64,000 bases of DNA, taken from NCBI GenBank assembly GCA_964016885.1, contig OZ024743.1, forward strand, positions 127,410,001-127,474,000, in the 5' to 3' direction. Made by a program: the position numbers and the translations under genes. Origin of the DNA: Eledone cirrhosa (lineage: Eukaryota). The notes under the pieces are model-generated. The model was not told the origin of the DNA. It saw only the letters and a list, made by a program, of their open reading frames with translations, and did no database searches. Each line of letters begins with the position of its first letter. Within the stretch, counting starts at the first letter, position 1. Below, one piece after another: positions 40,551 to 52,990 of the stretch.

Positions 40551-40700
40551 AAAACTCATTATTTCTGAAGACAGCGAGTAGTGAAGACGTATGTATCTTT
40601 TTCTTACTATGATATTTTGTAATATGTTTTACATAGATCAATAATTGAATGAACATACAGGGAACTACCCCCCAGAAACGATCGTAAAATAATGAGTTTT
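40551..40700 (+). ncRNA. Type I hammerhead ribozyme (inverted copy of 38795-38944)
   Basis: CTGAAGA 40565-40571, GAAA 40675-40678, cleavage triplet GUA ending at 40686, stem I 40551-40564 / 40687-40700. Confidence 0.75.
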
Positions 40701-40886
40701 ACTATGAATTAACAGTTTTTTGTTTAATTTCATTGTTTTAATATTTCTATTTTGACTCTGTATCCAATTGAATTATATCGTTGATAACATTTTTGTATTT
40801 TAAACTCTGCTTCATGACATCTTCTACATACGGATTACATTGAGTTCTTTATATGGTTTAGACCCTACCATTGAGTGGTAGATTTA

Positions 40887-40931
<45 letters not shown>

Positions 40932-41102
40932 CCACGCACATACCTATACAAAAAATATGTAAATATACATAGGTAACCGTACATATATACTCATACGGAC
41001 AAGCACCCATACGTATACTAACACATCCAATACATACACATACCTACATATGTGAGCTGCCACACCCACCCATATATCCATATATACACTTTCGCATATA
41101 TA

Positions 41103-41104
<2 letters not shown>

Positions 41105-41133
<29 letters not shown>

Positions 41134-44100
41134 GTTTAACGTCCGTGTTCCACGCTTGCATGGGTTTGGACGGGGGTTTTCCCACTTGAGGCAAGAGTGA
41201 TTGTCTTGCTCGCATAGGACTGTCTGGCAGGTTTTCTACAGTTGGATGCCCTTCCTAACACCAACCACATTTACAGTGTGGGTCTGGGAGGTTTTTACCG
41301 TGTTGCCTACACGGCCACATTACAGCGTGGACTGTGTGTTTTTTTGTCGTGATACCTACACGATCTCATTTGTTTCGGCCTGGATGTTGTGGCACCAACA
41401 TAACTTTACATTGAAAGGGGTGGTGTGGATGGGGTGGTGTGGATGGGGTGGGGGTGGTGGGACGGGAGTGTATTTTGTTAGAGATGCCTACTGACTGTAG
41501 TAGGTTTTACTTTGTATTTAGGTAAGGCGGGTCTTCTCTATTACTGAGTACCACCAAAGGTCTCGGTCCAGTGACATTGTCTTGGTGAGGTGTAAGTGTG
41601 TGAGGTCGGAATTTATCAGCTCGTCCCAGGTTTTTCTGGGTCTGCCTATTCCGTGGCTACCGTCTATCTTTATTGCACTGCACTTTGTTATACAGCTATC
41701 GTCCTTCATGCGCATCACGTGACCATACCAACGTAGCTTTCTCTCGAGTAAACAACATCTGATCCCTCTTATTTCTAATTTTTTCCTTAGTTCGTTTATG
41801 CAAGCTTCGTTTCTCTCTAGTCTGCGTATATCCTCTGCACACAATGCCCAGGTCTCACTGCCATGCAACATTGCTGTTCGTATGCAGGCATCGTACAACC
41901 TGCCTTTCATTTTTAGGGAGAACCCTTTAGCGGCTAATAGTGGTATAAGCTCTCTGAACTTTTTCCATCCAGTTCTGACTCTAGCTACTGTGCTTTCAGA
42001 GCACCCTCCCCCACTGCTAATTTTGTCACCCAGGTAACGGAAGCTGTCCACTATTTCTATAGAACCCTCTGCACAGTTGAAAGAGCTAGTATTTTGTGGG
42101 CACTTGCTGCTACTTATTGCACCAGAGCACCAGCCACATGTAAAATCTATGTACTTAGTTAGCTTACCTGTGATCCCACTACATCTTTTATGCACCGATA
42201 CTTTGCATTTGGGACACAAAATGGAGTTTCTACCTACGCCTTTCCTACACACTGAGCATGGCCACTTCTCGGAAGGGACCGCCGCCTTATTTTCTTTCTT
42301 ACAAACTAGAACTTTAGTCTTAGCCAGGTTAATTTTAAGGCCTTTTGATTCTAGGCCGTGCTTCCATGTTTGGAATTTCTTCTCTAGCTCGGCCATTGAT
42401 TCAGCTATGAGTGTTAGGTCATCTGCGTATAGGAGTTCCCATGGGCAACCGGTCTTGAACTCCTCTATTATAGCCTGAAGGGCAATAATAAATAGTAGGG
42501 GGCTGAGAACAGAGCCCTGATGGACGCCAACTTTTACGCTAAACTCTTCACTATATTCGTTGTTAATTCTAACCTTGCTGACTGTTTCTTTATACATGGC
42601 TTGTATAGCTCTCACAAGCCATTCGTCAACACCTAGTTTTCTAAGAGCCCACCAGATAATGGAACGGGGGACTCTGTCGAAGGCTTTCTCCAAGTCGACA
42701 AAAGCTAAGTATAGGGGTTTACTTTTAGCTAGGTACTTCTCCTGTAGTTGTCGTACAATGAAAAGAGCGTCTGTGGTACTTTTGCCTGACACAAACCCGA
42801 ACTGCATTTCATCTAGATCAATTCTTTCTCTGATTAGTTGCGCTATTACTTTTTCCGTGACCTTCATGACCTGGTCGATTAATTTAATGCCTCTATAGTT
42901 ACTCCTATCTAGGGCATCTCCTTTACCCTTATAACAGTTAACGATGATGCTGCTACGCCAGTCCTTCGGAACAACCCCATTCTGTACGACTTGGTTGACT
43001 ATCCGGGTGACCATGGTGTGTCCCACCGTACCAGATGCCTTCAACATCTCGGCCACTATTTCCGAAGGCCCAGCCGCCTTACCCGTCTTCATATCTTTGA
43101 TTGCCTTACTTATTATACTACCCTCGACTAACACTGCTGGTCCCTCTATTGGGTCGATGTGGGGGAGACTGTCTTTCTCCCATTTATTCTCCTCATTTAG
43201 TAGCCTTTCATAGTGACACTTCCAAGCTACCTTCTTATCAGCGTCGGTGATGGCAAGTACGCCGTCATCATTAAGTACACACTTCTCCCCGACAATATCA
43301 CGGTTTTCCTTGACACATTGCCTAGCAATCCTGAACACCTCACGTTTTTGGTCCTCGCGTTGTAGAACATGCTTGAACTTTCTTTCCTCTGCTTCCCTTC
43401 TTGCGAAGTACACTTGTCTCCTAGCTTCCCTCCTGGCCACTTGATAGTCTTCTCTGCTTCCCCCATCCCGCCATACTTTCCAAGCCTGCTTTTTGGCCTT
43501 AATTGACCCCTCCACCTTAATGTTCCACCACCATGTTACTCTCCTCCTGCCTACAGGCCTGCTCCAGCCACAGACTTCGTCTGCCGCCATCAGCAGGTTT
43601 GCTTTCAGGAATTCCCACTGTTCCTCTATATTGTACGACTCTAATTGCTCTTCCTTACTGTCGAAAGCATCAAGTAGTATACTTTTGAATTTATTTCTGG
43701 CTGTGGGGTCCTTTAGCTTCCATATTTTTCTCCTGAGGATAGTCCTCTTCTTTTTTCTCCTGAGGATAGTCCTCTTCTAGTACGTCTCGTCCTGACTATT
43801 AGGTCGCTAATTATCAGTCTATGTTGGGAGGTGCATTCTTCATGGGGGAGGGATTTAGTGTTTACAACAGACACTCTGTCACGTCTTCTGGTAAGGATAT
43901 AATCTACCTGGCTTGTGTGTTCCCCCGATCTATAGGTGATCAGGTGATTGTCACGTTTTTTGAAGTTAGTGTTACAGATTGTTAGGTTATTTGCGTCACA
44001 GAATTCCAGGATTCTGGAGCCTTCCTCATTTCTAGTACCAAACCCGTAGCCCCCATGGATTTCGTTGTAGCCGTCACAATGTTGTCCAACGTGACCATTT

Positions 44101-44530
44101 AGGTCGCCTGCAATAATTATATAGTCACTGTCGGTTATTTGGGAGGTAGTTAGCATCAGTGTCTCATAGAATCTGTCTTTTATAGTGCTGGGCAGTCCGG
44201 ATTGGGGTGCGTACGCAGATATTACTGTCACCGTCGTTCTACTGAGGACAAGTCTTATTTTAATTATCCTGTCGTTCACTCTATTTACGTCTATTATCTT
44301 ATCTGCCCACTTTTCTGCTACCATGATTCCTACTCCACCCAGCCCATTGTCATTTCCCACCCATAAAAGCTTATAGCATCGTTTTTTACCCACAATGAAT
44401 CTAGCAGACCCACCCCTCCACCTGGTCTCTTGAATACAACAAACATCGACCTCCTTACGTTCAAGCATTTCTACAACCTCGTTAGAGCGACCCTTTAAGG
44501 TGCCTACATTCATGGTACCAACTCTTAAGT
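41105..44530 (-). mobile_element. Nearly complete RTE-clade LINE (APE 43713-44513; RT ORF 41518-43590)
   Basis: APE motifs NVGTL, CIQETRW, SAYAPQ, GDLNGH, VDYIL, SQHRL. RT motifs with intact YADD. Frameshift and a 27-bp tandem duplication near 43725-43780. (GAT)n tail. Confidence 0.95.
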
Positions 44531-44559
44531 TACATATATATATATATATATATATATGT

Positions 44560-47500
44560 GTGTCAGGTTGCTCTCGAGTGCTACTGGTAACATGTAACCC
44601 AGTACTACCTGTCTTATGGTCGAGTCGTCGGAGACTAAACCGGCAACCTCACCAAGCTAGCTTGGTGAGGAGGGTGATATTTGGACACCCTGCGGGATGA
44701 AATACAAGACCCGACAAAGAGCAGAGGAACTCAGCAGAGTCAACAGCCATCCAAATAGTACTTTTTTTTTTTTTTTTTTTACCTGGGAGTGATGGGCCCC
44801 CTGTTGTCACAACACCTTTCTAGGAGTGAAACTCTGAAAAAAAACCTGCAGCTTTGGAAGCATCCGATGATGTTGACCAGTTCTTCTTTTCGGGTAGTGT
44901 TTTCGATGCTCAGAGAGTGGGATTGGTCGCATGCAAGGCCTTTCCCCACTTAAAAATCCTTCAAAGCACAGGCATCGCTTGTTCAGGATCTGTTACAAGT
45001 TTGTGTGGCTAGCCGTAGTCTAAAAGTGCAGCAAACTCTATGATGACAGATGATAACCTTGAAGTCAATGGCATAAGGGCTCTGGAACTTATTGTGAAGG
45101 GGTCTGGCCCAGCAGGTCTCCCATGGCACTGCAGCGTGGGCCCGGTCGTCATCCTACAACTGCAAGGAGGTTCAAACCTCTGAATATTGGATGTTGGAAT
45201 GTAAGAACTTTACTGGATTCCCAGTCCAGTAAAACTCGCCCTGAAAGAAGATCTGCTTTGGTGTCGAGGGAACTCGATCGCTATAGCATGGACATCGTTG
45301 CTCTTTCAGAAACGAGATTGGCAGGTGAGAGTCAATTCACAGAACAGAAGGGAGGATATACCTTCTATTGGAGTGGTTGAGCAGAGGATTGTAGGAAAGT
45401 GGCAGGGGTTGCATTTGCAGTCAGGAATGGAATCGTCTCAAAGCTGGAAAATCTTCCTTGTGGATTCAATGATCGGATAATGTCCATGAGGGTCCCTCTG
45501 ATTCAAAACCACTTTGTGACTCTGGTCAGTGTGTACGCTCCTACTATGTGTGCTAGTGATGATGAAAAACTAAGTTTCTACATGTCTTTGAGAGAGGTCA
45601 TCCATGGTATACCTTATGCAGACAAGATTGTCATCCTTGGTGATTTTAATGCACATGTTGGTAATGACTGGGAGGCTTGGAGTGTGATGGGCAAGCATGG
45701 AGTAGGTAAGTGCAATATCAATGGCCTACTTCTGTTGCAGATGTGCACTGAGATGGATCTTGTTGTTGGGAACACGTTCTTTCAGCAGAAAGACAAATAT
45801 AAGACAACTTGAATGCATCCAGGTTCCAAGAAGTGACACCTTATTGACTTCGTTTTAATGAGAAAACGTGATATCAGGAATGTCACGTTGGTTCGTGTAT
45901 TGCGAGGCATGGAATGTTGGACTGATCATCGTCTGGTGCGTGCCAAGTTTCAATTTGTTGTGAAGCCCAAAGTAAAGGGGAAGAAGATTGCACTTCCAAG
46001 ACAACTAAACGTGGCTCGTCTGAAAACAGAGAAATTCAGAGCTGAGCTGTCGAGGTCCCTTGAGTCCATGGAATGTGAAAACACTTGGCAATCATTGAAG
46101 AAAACCATTTATGATGTTAGTGCTGGAGTTTTGGGTCATACCAATAGAAAGCATAAAGACTGGTTCGATGAAAATGATCCAGTGATCCAGACCTTGCTTG
46201 AAGAGAAACAAAAAGTGCCATCATTGTTGTGTGAGACACATTCTGACAGGAGTGACTGGACCTTCAGGCAGATCAAGGCAAGTGTGCAACATCGATTGAG
46301 AGCAATGCAGGATACCTGGTGGAGCCAAAAGGCTGATGAAATCCAGAAAGCCTCAGATAGACATGATACAAAGCTCCTATACAGTCTGCTCAGGGAGGTG
46401 TATGGTCCGACCGGTTCACAAATATAACCACTTCGCTCCGGGGACGGCAAGTAATTGCTCAGAGATCCGAAGGAAATCCTGATCAGGTGGCATGACCATT
46501 TTGATGAGCTTTTCAACAGACCATCAGAAATTGATGATGAGTTCATCCGGTCGATTCCATCCAGACCTACAAAGTTGGCAATGGTTGATCCTCCTTCATT
46601 TGATGAGGTGGCGAAGGCCATTGCCAAATTAAACAGTGGCAAGTTACCTGGAATGGATGGACTGAGTGCCGAGATTTTCAAGTGTGCTGGTGATAACTTC
46701 TTAAACCACCTCACTGATCTCTTTGTGAATGTTTGGAATGAAGAAGATGTGCCACAGGACTGGAAAGATGTATTGATGGTGGTACTTTATAAAAGAAAGG
46801 AGCCAAAGATCACTGTGGCAACTACAGAGGTATTTCACTGCTATCTGTGGCTGGGAAGATCTTGTGCAGGATATTGTTAGACAGATTGATACAGCACATT
46901 GCTGTTGACGTACTTCCTGAGTCCCAATGTGGCTTTAGGAATGGCAGAGGCATTGTTGTCATGATCTTCTCAGCCAAACAACTTCAAGAGAAATGCATTG
47001 AGCAGCGCATGGACTTATACCAAGTTTTTGTCGATCTGACCAAGGCATTTGACACGATTCATCAGAAGGCTTTGTGGGTTATTTTGGAGAGAATGGGCTG
47101 TCCTGAAAAGTTTGTGAACATTCTGAAACTCTTCCACGATGATATGCAGGCATGGGTGAATGTTGGAGGTAAACTGTCTGAGCCAATCTTGGTTGAAAAT
47201 GGTGTCAAGCAGGGTGATATAACTGCACCAACTTTGTTTGCCTTGTATTTCGCGGTGGTGTTCTTAATGGCCTTCAAGGATTATCCACACGGTATCTATC
47301 TCAGATATTGCACTTCCGGCATGCTGTTTAACCTTAGGCGTCTCACTGCCAACACTAAGGTACTGAGTACCTTGATCAGAGAATTTTTATATGCAGATGA
47401 TTGTGATCTCTTTGCACACTCCCAGAGTGACATGCAACACCTTATGGATTCTTTTTCCAATGCGTGCAGTGCTTTGGGACTGACAATCAGTCTGAAGAAG

Positions 47501-48512
47501 ACTGTCATCATGTACCAACCTGCTCCGGATAAAGTTTTCAATGAACCTTCCATACACGTATACGGTCAAAAGCTGAAGGCTGTTGACACATTCGTGTATT
47601 TGGGGAGTACTCTGAGTGTGACCTGCTCTCTGGATGCAGGAGTTGGTCTACGTGTTGGTAAGGCAAGTGAGTCATTTGGAAGGCTCAACGACCGTCTTTG
47701 GTGCAGGCGAGGAATCACAATGAGGACCAAGGTGAGAGTGTATGCTGCATGTGTACTGTCAGCTTTGCTGTATGCATGTGAGACATGGGTTGCCTACAAA
47801 CGGCATATCCACAGACTTGAATGGTTTCACCAGCAGTGTCTCAGAAAGATGCTCGGTATCAAGTGGCAAATGCATGTGAGTGATGTTGAGGTCCTTGAGA
47901 GAAGTGAGTGTCGAAGCATTGACACCTCTGCAGAATGGAGGATGATTGAATACCAAAACAACTCTTATATGGCGAGCTTTGTGTGAGTAAGAGACCACTT
48001 CCCAAGCCAAAGCTCCGATTCAAGGATTGTGTAAAGGACTCATTGAAAAAAACTGGTTTGATGATGGCTGACTGGGAGATAGAAGCTCTTGAAAGAGAGA
48101 CTTGGCATGGAATGGTGAATGATGGAGTCCATAATTTTGAGGACAGACACATAGAGCATGAGAAGATCAAACGGGATGTGCGTAAGCAATGCCCTGGTGT
48201 ATCTCTCGAAACGATCAGTGTCTCCATTGAATTGAAGTGCCCTGAGTGTGGAAAAATTTGCTTGAGCAAATCTGGTCTCAGGAGCCACAGTCGCAGCCAT
48301 GTTCAAAGAGAACCAGTGAACTATGATCTCCACGGTGTTGTGAGGGTTCACAGGCAACCTGATGCAGGACCTCAAGCCAGGGAGATCCATAGTTGTCGTC
48401 AGTGTGTGAAGGAGTGCAAGTCTCTAGCAGGCTTGAAAAGCTATATCCGAGTGTCCCACATCTGAATCTGACAAGCGATTGCAATACTCTTGGCAGAGTT
48501 TGCAGCCATCAT
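44560..48512 (+). mobile_element. Full-length-like RTE/BovB-type LINE with 5' UTR, APE, RT and two C-terminal C2H2 fingers (pseudogenised)
   Basis: WNVRTL, ALSETRL, VYAPT, GDFNAHVG, WTDHRLV, PESQCGFR, FVDLTKAFD, GVKQG, LYADDC, CPECGKIC...HSRSH. Several stops and frameshifts. Confidence 0.92.
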
Positions 48513-48532
48513 ATATATATATATATATATAT

Positions 48533-49109
48533 AATTGAGATAAGCGGAGCAAGCAAGATTCAAACAATTTTTTAAAATAAATTAAAAAATATAATTTAAA
48601 TATTTACCTATTCCAATTGCTTTTACCGAACGGTTTCACTTCACAAAAGATTGGAGATCCCTAGGGACTTCCAATGGTAAAGTTTAGATCATCAGAAAGC
48701 ATTTTCCTTTCCTAGGACAAAAAGTCCCAGGAACAGCAAAATATATTGCCATCTGCCAGCTAGCACAGGATCGAATGGGGCCGAAAATTTGACCTATGCA
48801 TGAACCAGCCCATAGTAGAAGCGGAAGTAAACATAGACGTATTGTCTACCTGGCTACTAAAAATAGCAGCTAAATAGAACAACGGATTTGTTCTCTACAT
48901 AACGGAGAATATTAAAAGAAGTTAATATCCCCACAGGTACTAAGTACCCCTGGAAATATATAGGGTGTCTATGATACAGTGGTTGTTCCATGGTATTAAT
49001 TTGACATACCAGAACTATAAAATTGAGATAAGCGGACTAAGTAAGATTCAAACAATTTTTTAAAATAAATTAAAAAATATAATTTAAATATTTACCTATT
49101 CCAATTGCT
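48533..49109 (-). mobile_element. Non-coding hammerhead-containing element, 488-nt monomer plus 89-nt direct repeat (retrozyme-like)
   Basis: 48533-48621 is repeated at 49021-49109. The element abuts (TA)n. A second family member lies at 61597-61972. Confidence 0.75.
48618..48701 (-). ncRNA. Type I hammerhead ribozyme with ~50-nt stem II domain
   Basis: ugcuuu-CUGAUGA-(ucuaaac...auuggaagucccuagggaucuccaau...aagu)-GAAAC-cguucg-GUA-aaagca. Confidence 0.75.
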
Positions 49110-50015
49110 AGAAGGATACACAGCCGCTAAGAGAGAAGCTAGACAACAGGTGTACTTAGCATGCAGGGAGGCTGGGAGTAGGAGGTTTGCCAATGTTCTG
49201 CGATGGGAAGATCAGGGACGTGGGGTTTTCCACATTACAAAGCAGTGTGTCAGTGCAAATCAGGATGTTGTTGGAGATAAGTGTGTCTGGAATGATGCTG
49301 GTGTACTTAGTGCCACGAATGATCAGAAAAAGGAGGCCTGGAAATGTCATTATGTGAGACTGGTGAATGTGGAGTACAAATAGGAGAGAGAGAAATTACC
49401 AGCTTCCGGTACCTAGGTGATCAGATTAGCATGGGAGGAGGGTGTTCCAAGACCATAGTGTCTAGAATAAGGACGGGTTGGAAGAAGTTTAGGGAGCTGC
49501 TTTCTCTGTTGACAAAGAAGGGTTTCTCCCTGCATATGAAAGGCTGGTTATATGATGCCTGTGTGAGATGTGTGATGCTGTATGGTAGTGAGACATGGGC
49601 AGCAACTAAAGAGGATATGTGACGGCTGTTGAGAAATAAGGCAAGCATGCTCCGTTGGATTTGCAATGTCAATGTGCGTGAACGACCAAGCATAGATGAG
49701 TTGAGAGAGAAACTGGATATAAGAGGGATAAGTTGTGGTGTGCAGGAGAGAAGACTGAGATGGTATGGACATGTGATGCGCATGGAGGATGACTGCTGGG
49801 TAAAGAAGTGCCAAGAAATCACAGTAGAAGGAAGACGCAGTAGAGCACGACAACGAAAAACATGAGCGGAGGTAGTGATAGCAGACCTCTGATCACTGAA
49901 GCTCACGGCGGAGATGACGAAGGACCGTGACGAGTGGAGAGATGCTGTGCTGAATAGAACCCGTCCCACCCTTGCAAGCAGGGAAAAGCGGACATAAAAT
50001 GATAATGATGATGAT
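49110..50015 (+). mobile_element. Internally deleted RTE fragment (same family as 13100-16245)
   Basis: Matches the regions near 14290 and 16130. SFRYLGD, MLYGSETW, RLRWYGHV. Tail cccacccttgcaagcagggaaaagcggac. Confidence 0.85.
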
Positions 50016-50016
50016 G

Positions 50017-50060
<44 letters not shown>

Positions 50061-50175
50061 TAGAGTTACCTTGGAAGTGATTTAATTGTCCCTATATTTT
50101 GAATTTCGCATCCATCAACTGGGGCTTTTCCATATATATACATATATATATATATACACTATATATACACACACA

Positions 50176-50239
<64 letters not shown>

Positions 50240-50325
50240 TATGTATATACATACATATATATATATATACATATATATGTATATACATACATATATATAC
50301 ACATACATATAAACATCTATATATT

Positions 50326-50364
<39 letters not shown>

Positions 50365-50384
50365 GTAGATAAATACGAACTTAA

Positions 50385-50790
50385 ACCTACAGTCAGTAGG
50401 CACCGCTTAACCCAATATACACCCCACCCCACATCCCACACCCCCTACCCCATCCACCCACTTCCTCCCGCACCACCCTTTCTCTGTACAGTTATGTTAG
50501 TACCATAGAACATCCAACCCACACAAAAGTAGTCGTGTAGGTGTCAGGACATAAGCACCCAGCCCACACTGTAAAGTGGTCATGTAGGAGACACGGTAAA
50601 AAATACCCAGTCCACACTGTCAATGTGGTTGGCACTAGGAAGGGCATCCAGCCATGGAAAACCAGCCAGAAACACTTCTATACGAGCGAGACATGGTCAT
50701 CTGACCAAACTTGCCTCAAGTGGGACAAACCCGTCTAACCCATGCTAGCATGGAAGGTAGACGTTAAACGATGATGATGACGCTGAGGAT
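50385..50790 (+). mobile_element. RTE 3' UTR / SINE-tail fragment
   Basis: Similar to 12600-12965 (cctacagtcagtaggca...ggacgttaaacgatgatg). Confidence 0.7.
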
Positions 50791-50794
50791 GATA

Positions 50795-50846
<52 letters not shown>

Positions 50847-51251
50847 GAGTTAAGGCTCTATTGATTTTTTCCCTGGATTTCACTAAATTCTGTTGGATAA
50901 ATCTATATCCTGATTCTTTTTGAATTGAGTTTGAATTATTTTTCCCACATCTTACGTTAACTATTTTCCCATTCTGACGCTATAGTCACTTATATATTAT
51001 GGGATACTGTTGGCTTCTTGCTACAATACTTTCTGTACCTTTCATCTATATATATATATATATATATATATATAGGATTGGACTAAAAATATATAATTTT
51101 GGACTAAAAATTTTAGTCCAGAATTAGCCGTCGAAATGGCCTGAGCTCAGCCGTCGGGGTCCTACTCGTTCCTATTACCCACTCTACTACCCTAAGTATT
51201 GAGTACTTTGGTGCGTTATGGTCCACCTGGTTCCTTACCACATTTCCTTCG

Positions 51252-51315
<64 letters not shown>

Positions 51316-51386
51316 GCAAACATCACGGGCGCTCTATCTCAAAATTATTTTTGAAAAGCATTAGAAATGCGATATATATATATATA

Positions 51387-51812
51387 ATTGTCTCTACTTT
51401 AGGCACAAGGCCAGCAATTACCCAGTGCATTACTGGTACTTTATTTTATCGACCCCCGTAAGGATGAAAGGCAAGGCCCATGGCTTAGTGGTTAGACCAT
51501 TGGCCTTGCAATCGAAAGGTTGCGAGTTCAATTCTCAGACCGGGGGATGTGTTGTTTCCTTGAGCAAGACACTTTATTTCACATTGCTCCAGTTTACTCA
51601 GCTGTAGAAATGAGATGATAGGGACTGGGGTCCATATCATTCCACTGCAGAGGGGTCGTGGAGGTGCCACGGCAAAAAAGTACCCAGCACTCACTGTAAA
51701 TGAGGTTGGTGTTAGGAAGGGCATCCAGCTGTAGAAATCAAGCCAGAATCAGTTCCCGTCCCACCCTTGCAAGCAGGGAAAAGCGGATGTAAAATGAAAT
51801 GATGATGATGAT
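51387..51812. mobile_element. Truncated SINE A (minus) abutting a SINE B (plus)
   Basis: SINE A reverse complement at 51387-51475, then SINE B head, CORE-like block and tail at 51477-51812. Confidence 0.75.
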
Positions 51813-52277
51813 ATATATATATATATATATATATATAGCACTGATACTATTCACTAATTTTTCTGGTGGCAGCAGTGGTAGTAGCAGTAGTAACAGTAGT
51901 ATCAATAACAAGGAAACCAATGTTTCGTTAGTCAAAAATGTAGAAATCTTATTTTTTCACAAAAAGGAATTCTTGTATTCTATAAAAGAAATGAATTAGT
52001 TGGTCGTAATTCTATTGAGTTAGTTATATGAATGTGAATGATTTCACTCTAGCAATGATGATGATGCTGCTGATGGCTTTGATTTCACTCTGGCAATGAT
52101 GTTGGTGTTGATGAAGTTAGCTTTCATTTCAGTTTACCAATGATGATGATGTGATGATGATGGTGATAGTGATAGCTGATTTTGTACTAGCAGCGATACT
52201 GTTTCTGTTGTTGTTGTTGCAGTTGTTTCTTGGTGGTGGTGGTAGAGAAGTTAGCTTTAATTTCTTCAAACTATCAG

Positions 52278-52318
<41 letters not shown>

Positions 52319-52765
52319 CTGATAGCTGATTTTGTACTAGCAGCTATACTGTTTCTGTTGTTGTTGCAGTTGTTGTTGTTGTTGGTGGTGGTGTTGGTGG
52401 TGGTGGTGGTGGTGGTGGTAGAGAAGTTAGCTTGAATTTGGATCTGGCAATAATGATGATTTCTAGCAATGATGATGATGATGAAGATGTTAGCTTTAAT
52501 ATTAGTTTTGCCATGATGGTAGTAATGCTGGTGATGATGATGATGGAATTAGTTTTAATTTCAGTCTGACAATGATGATGGTGGTCGTGATGGTGAAGAT
52601 GAAGTTAGCTTTCTAAATAAATAGACAATTATAGAAGTTTACATACAAATAAACTAGATAGAGCCATATATATATATATATATATATCGTTTAACATCCG
52701 TGTTCCACGCTTGCATATATATATATATCAAGTAAGTATGTTTTGAAACAGTGAGCGAGTTTGAA

Positions 52766-52879
52766 ATTAGAAAATATATAGCTTTCACCGTATTTTGACT
52801 AAAGGAATTTTAGCTTGATAACCCCGTTATCAAGCTAAAATTCCTTTAGTCAAAATACGGTGAAAGCTATATATTTTCT

Positions 52880-52882
<3 letters not shown>
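52766..52882. repeat. Perfect 57-bp-arm palindrome with 3-nt loop
   Basis: 52766-52822 is the exact reverse complement of 52826-52882; it is followed by (TA)n. Confidence 0.92.
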
Positions 52883-52916
<34 letters not shown>

Positions 52917-52990
52917 GTTTTTGGCAACCATTCACGGTGTGGCTCAATGACAAATTAATTAATTAAATAATCAACAGTCAGAGCAATATA

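Larger units (their letters stand above)
38747..40748 (-). mobile_element. Penelope-like element relic: GIY-YIG endonuclease end, 3' pLTR and inverted pLTR copy
   Basis: CNCRIKDNCPLNGNCL...IVYKC...YIGPTSNPFKSRFYAH at ~39490-39921. ~360-bp inverted repeats 38747-39108 / 40387-40748, each containing a hammerhead. Confidence 0.85.

Noticed and set aside
41518-44513. Currently active autonomous RTE
   Set aside because: APE and RT are split by a frameshift, the 5' end is replaced by (TA)n, and a deletion is apparent near the ORF end. It is young but not intact.
44560-44760. HDV-like ribozyme at the RTE 5' end
   Set aside because: Hairpins are present (cctcaccaagctagcttggtgagg), but I could not assemble the nested double pseudoknot by eye. 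A covariance-model search would be needed.
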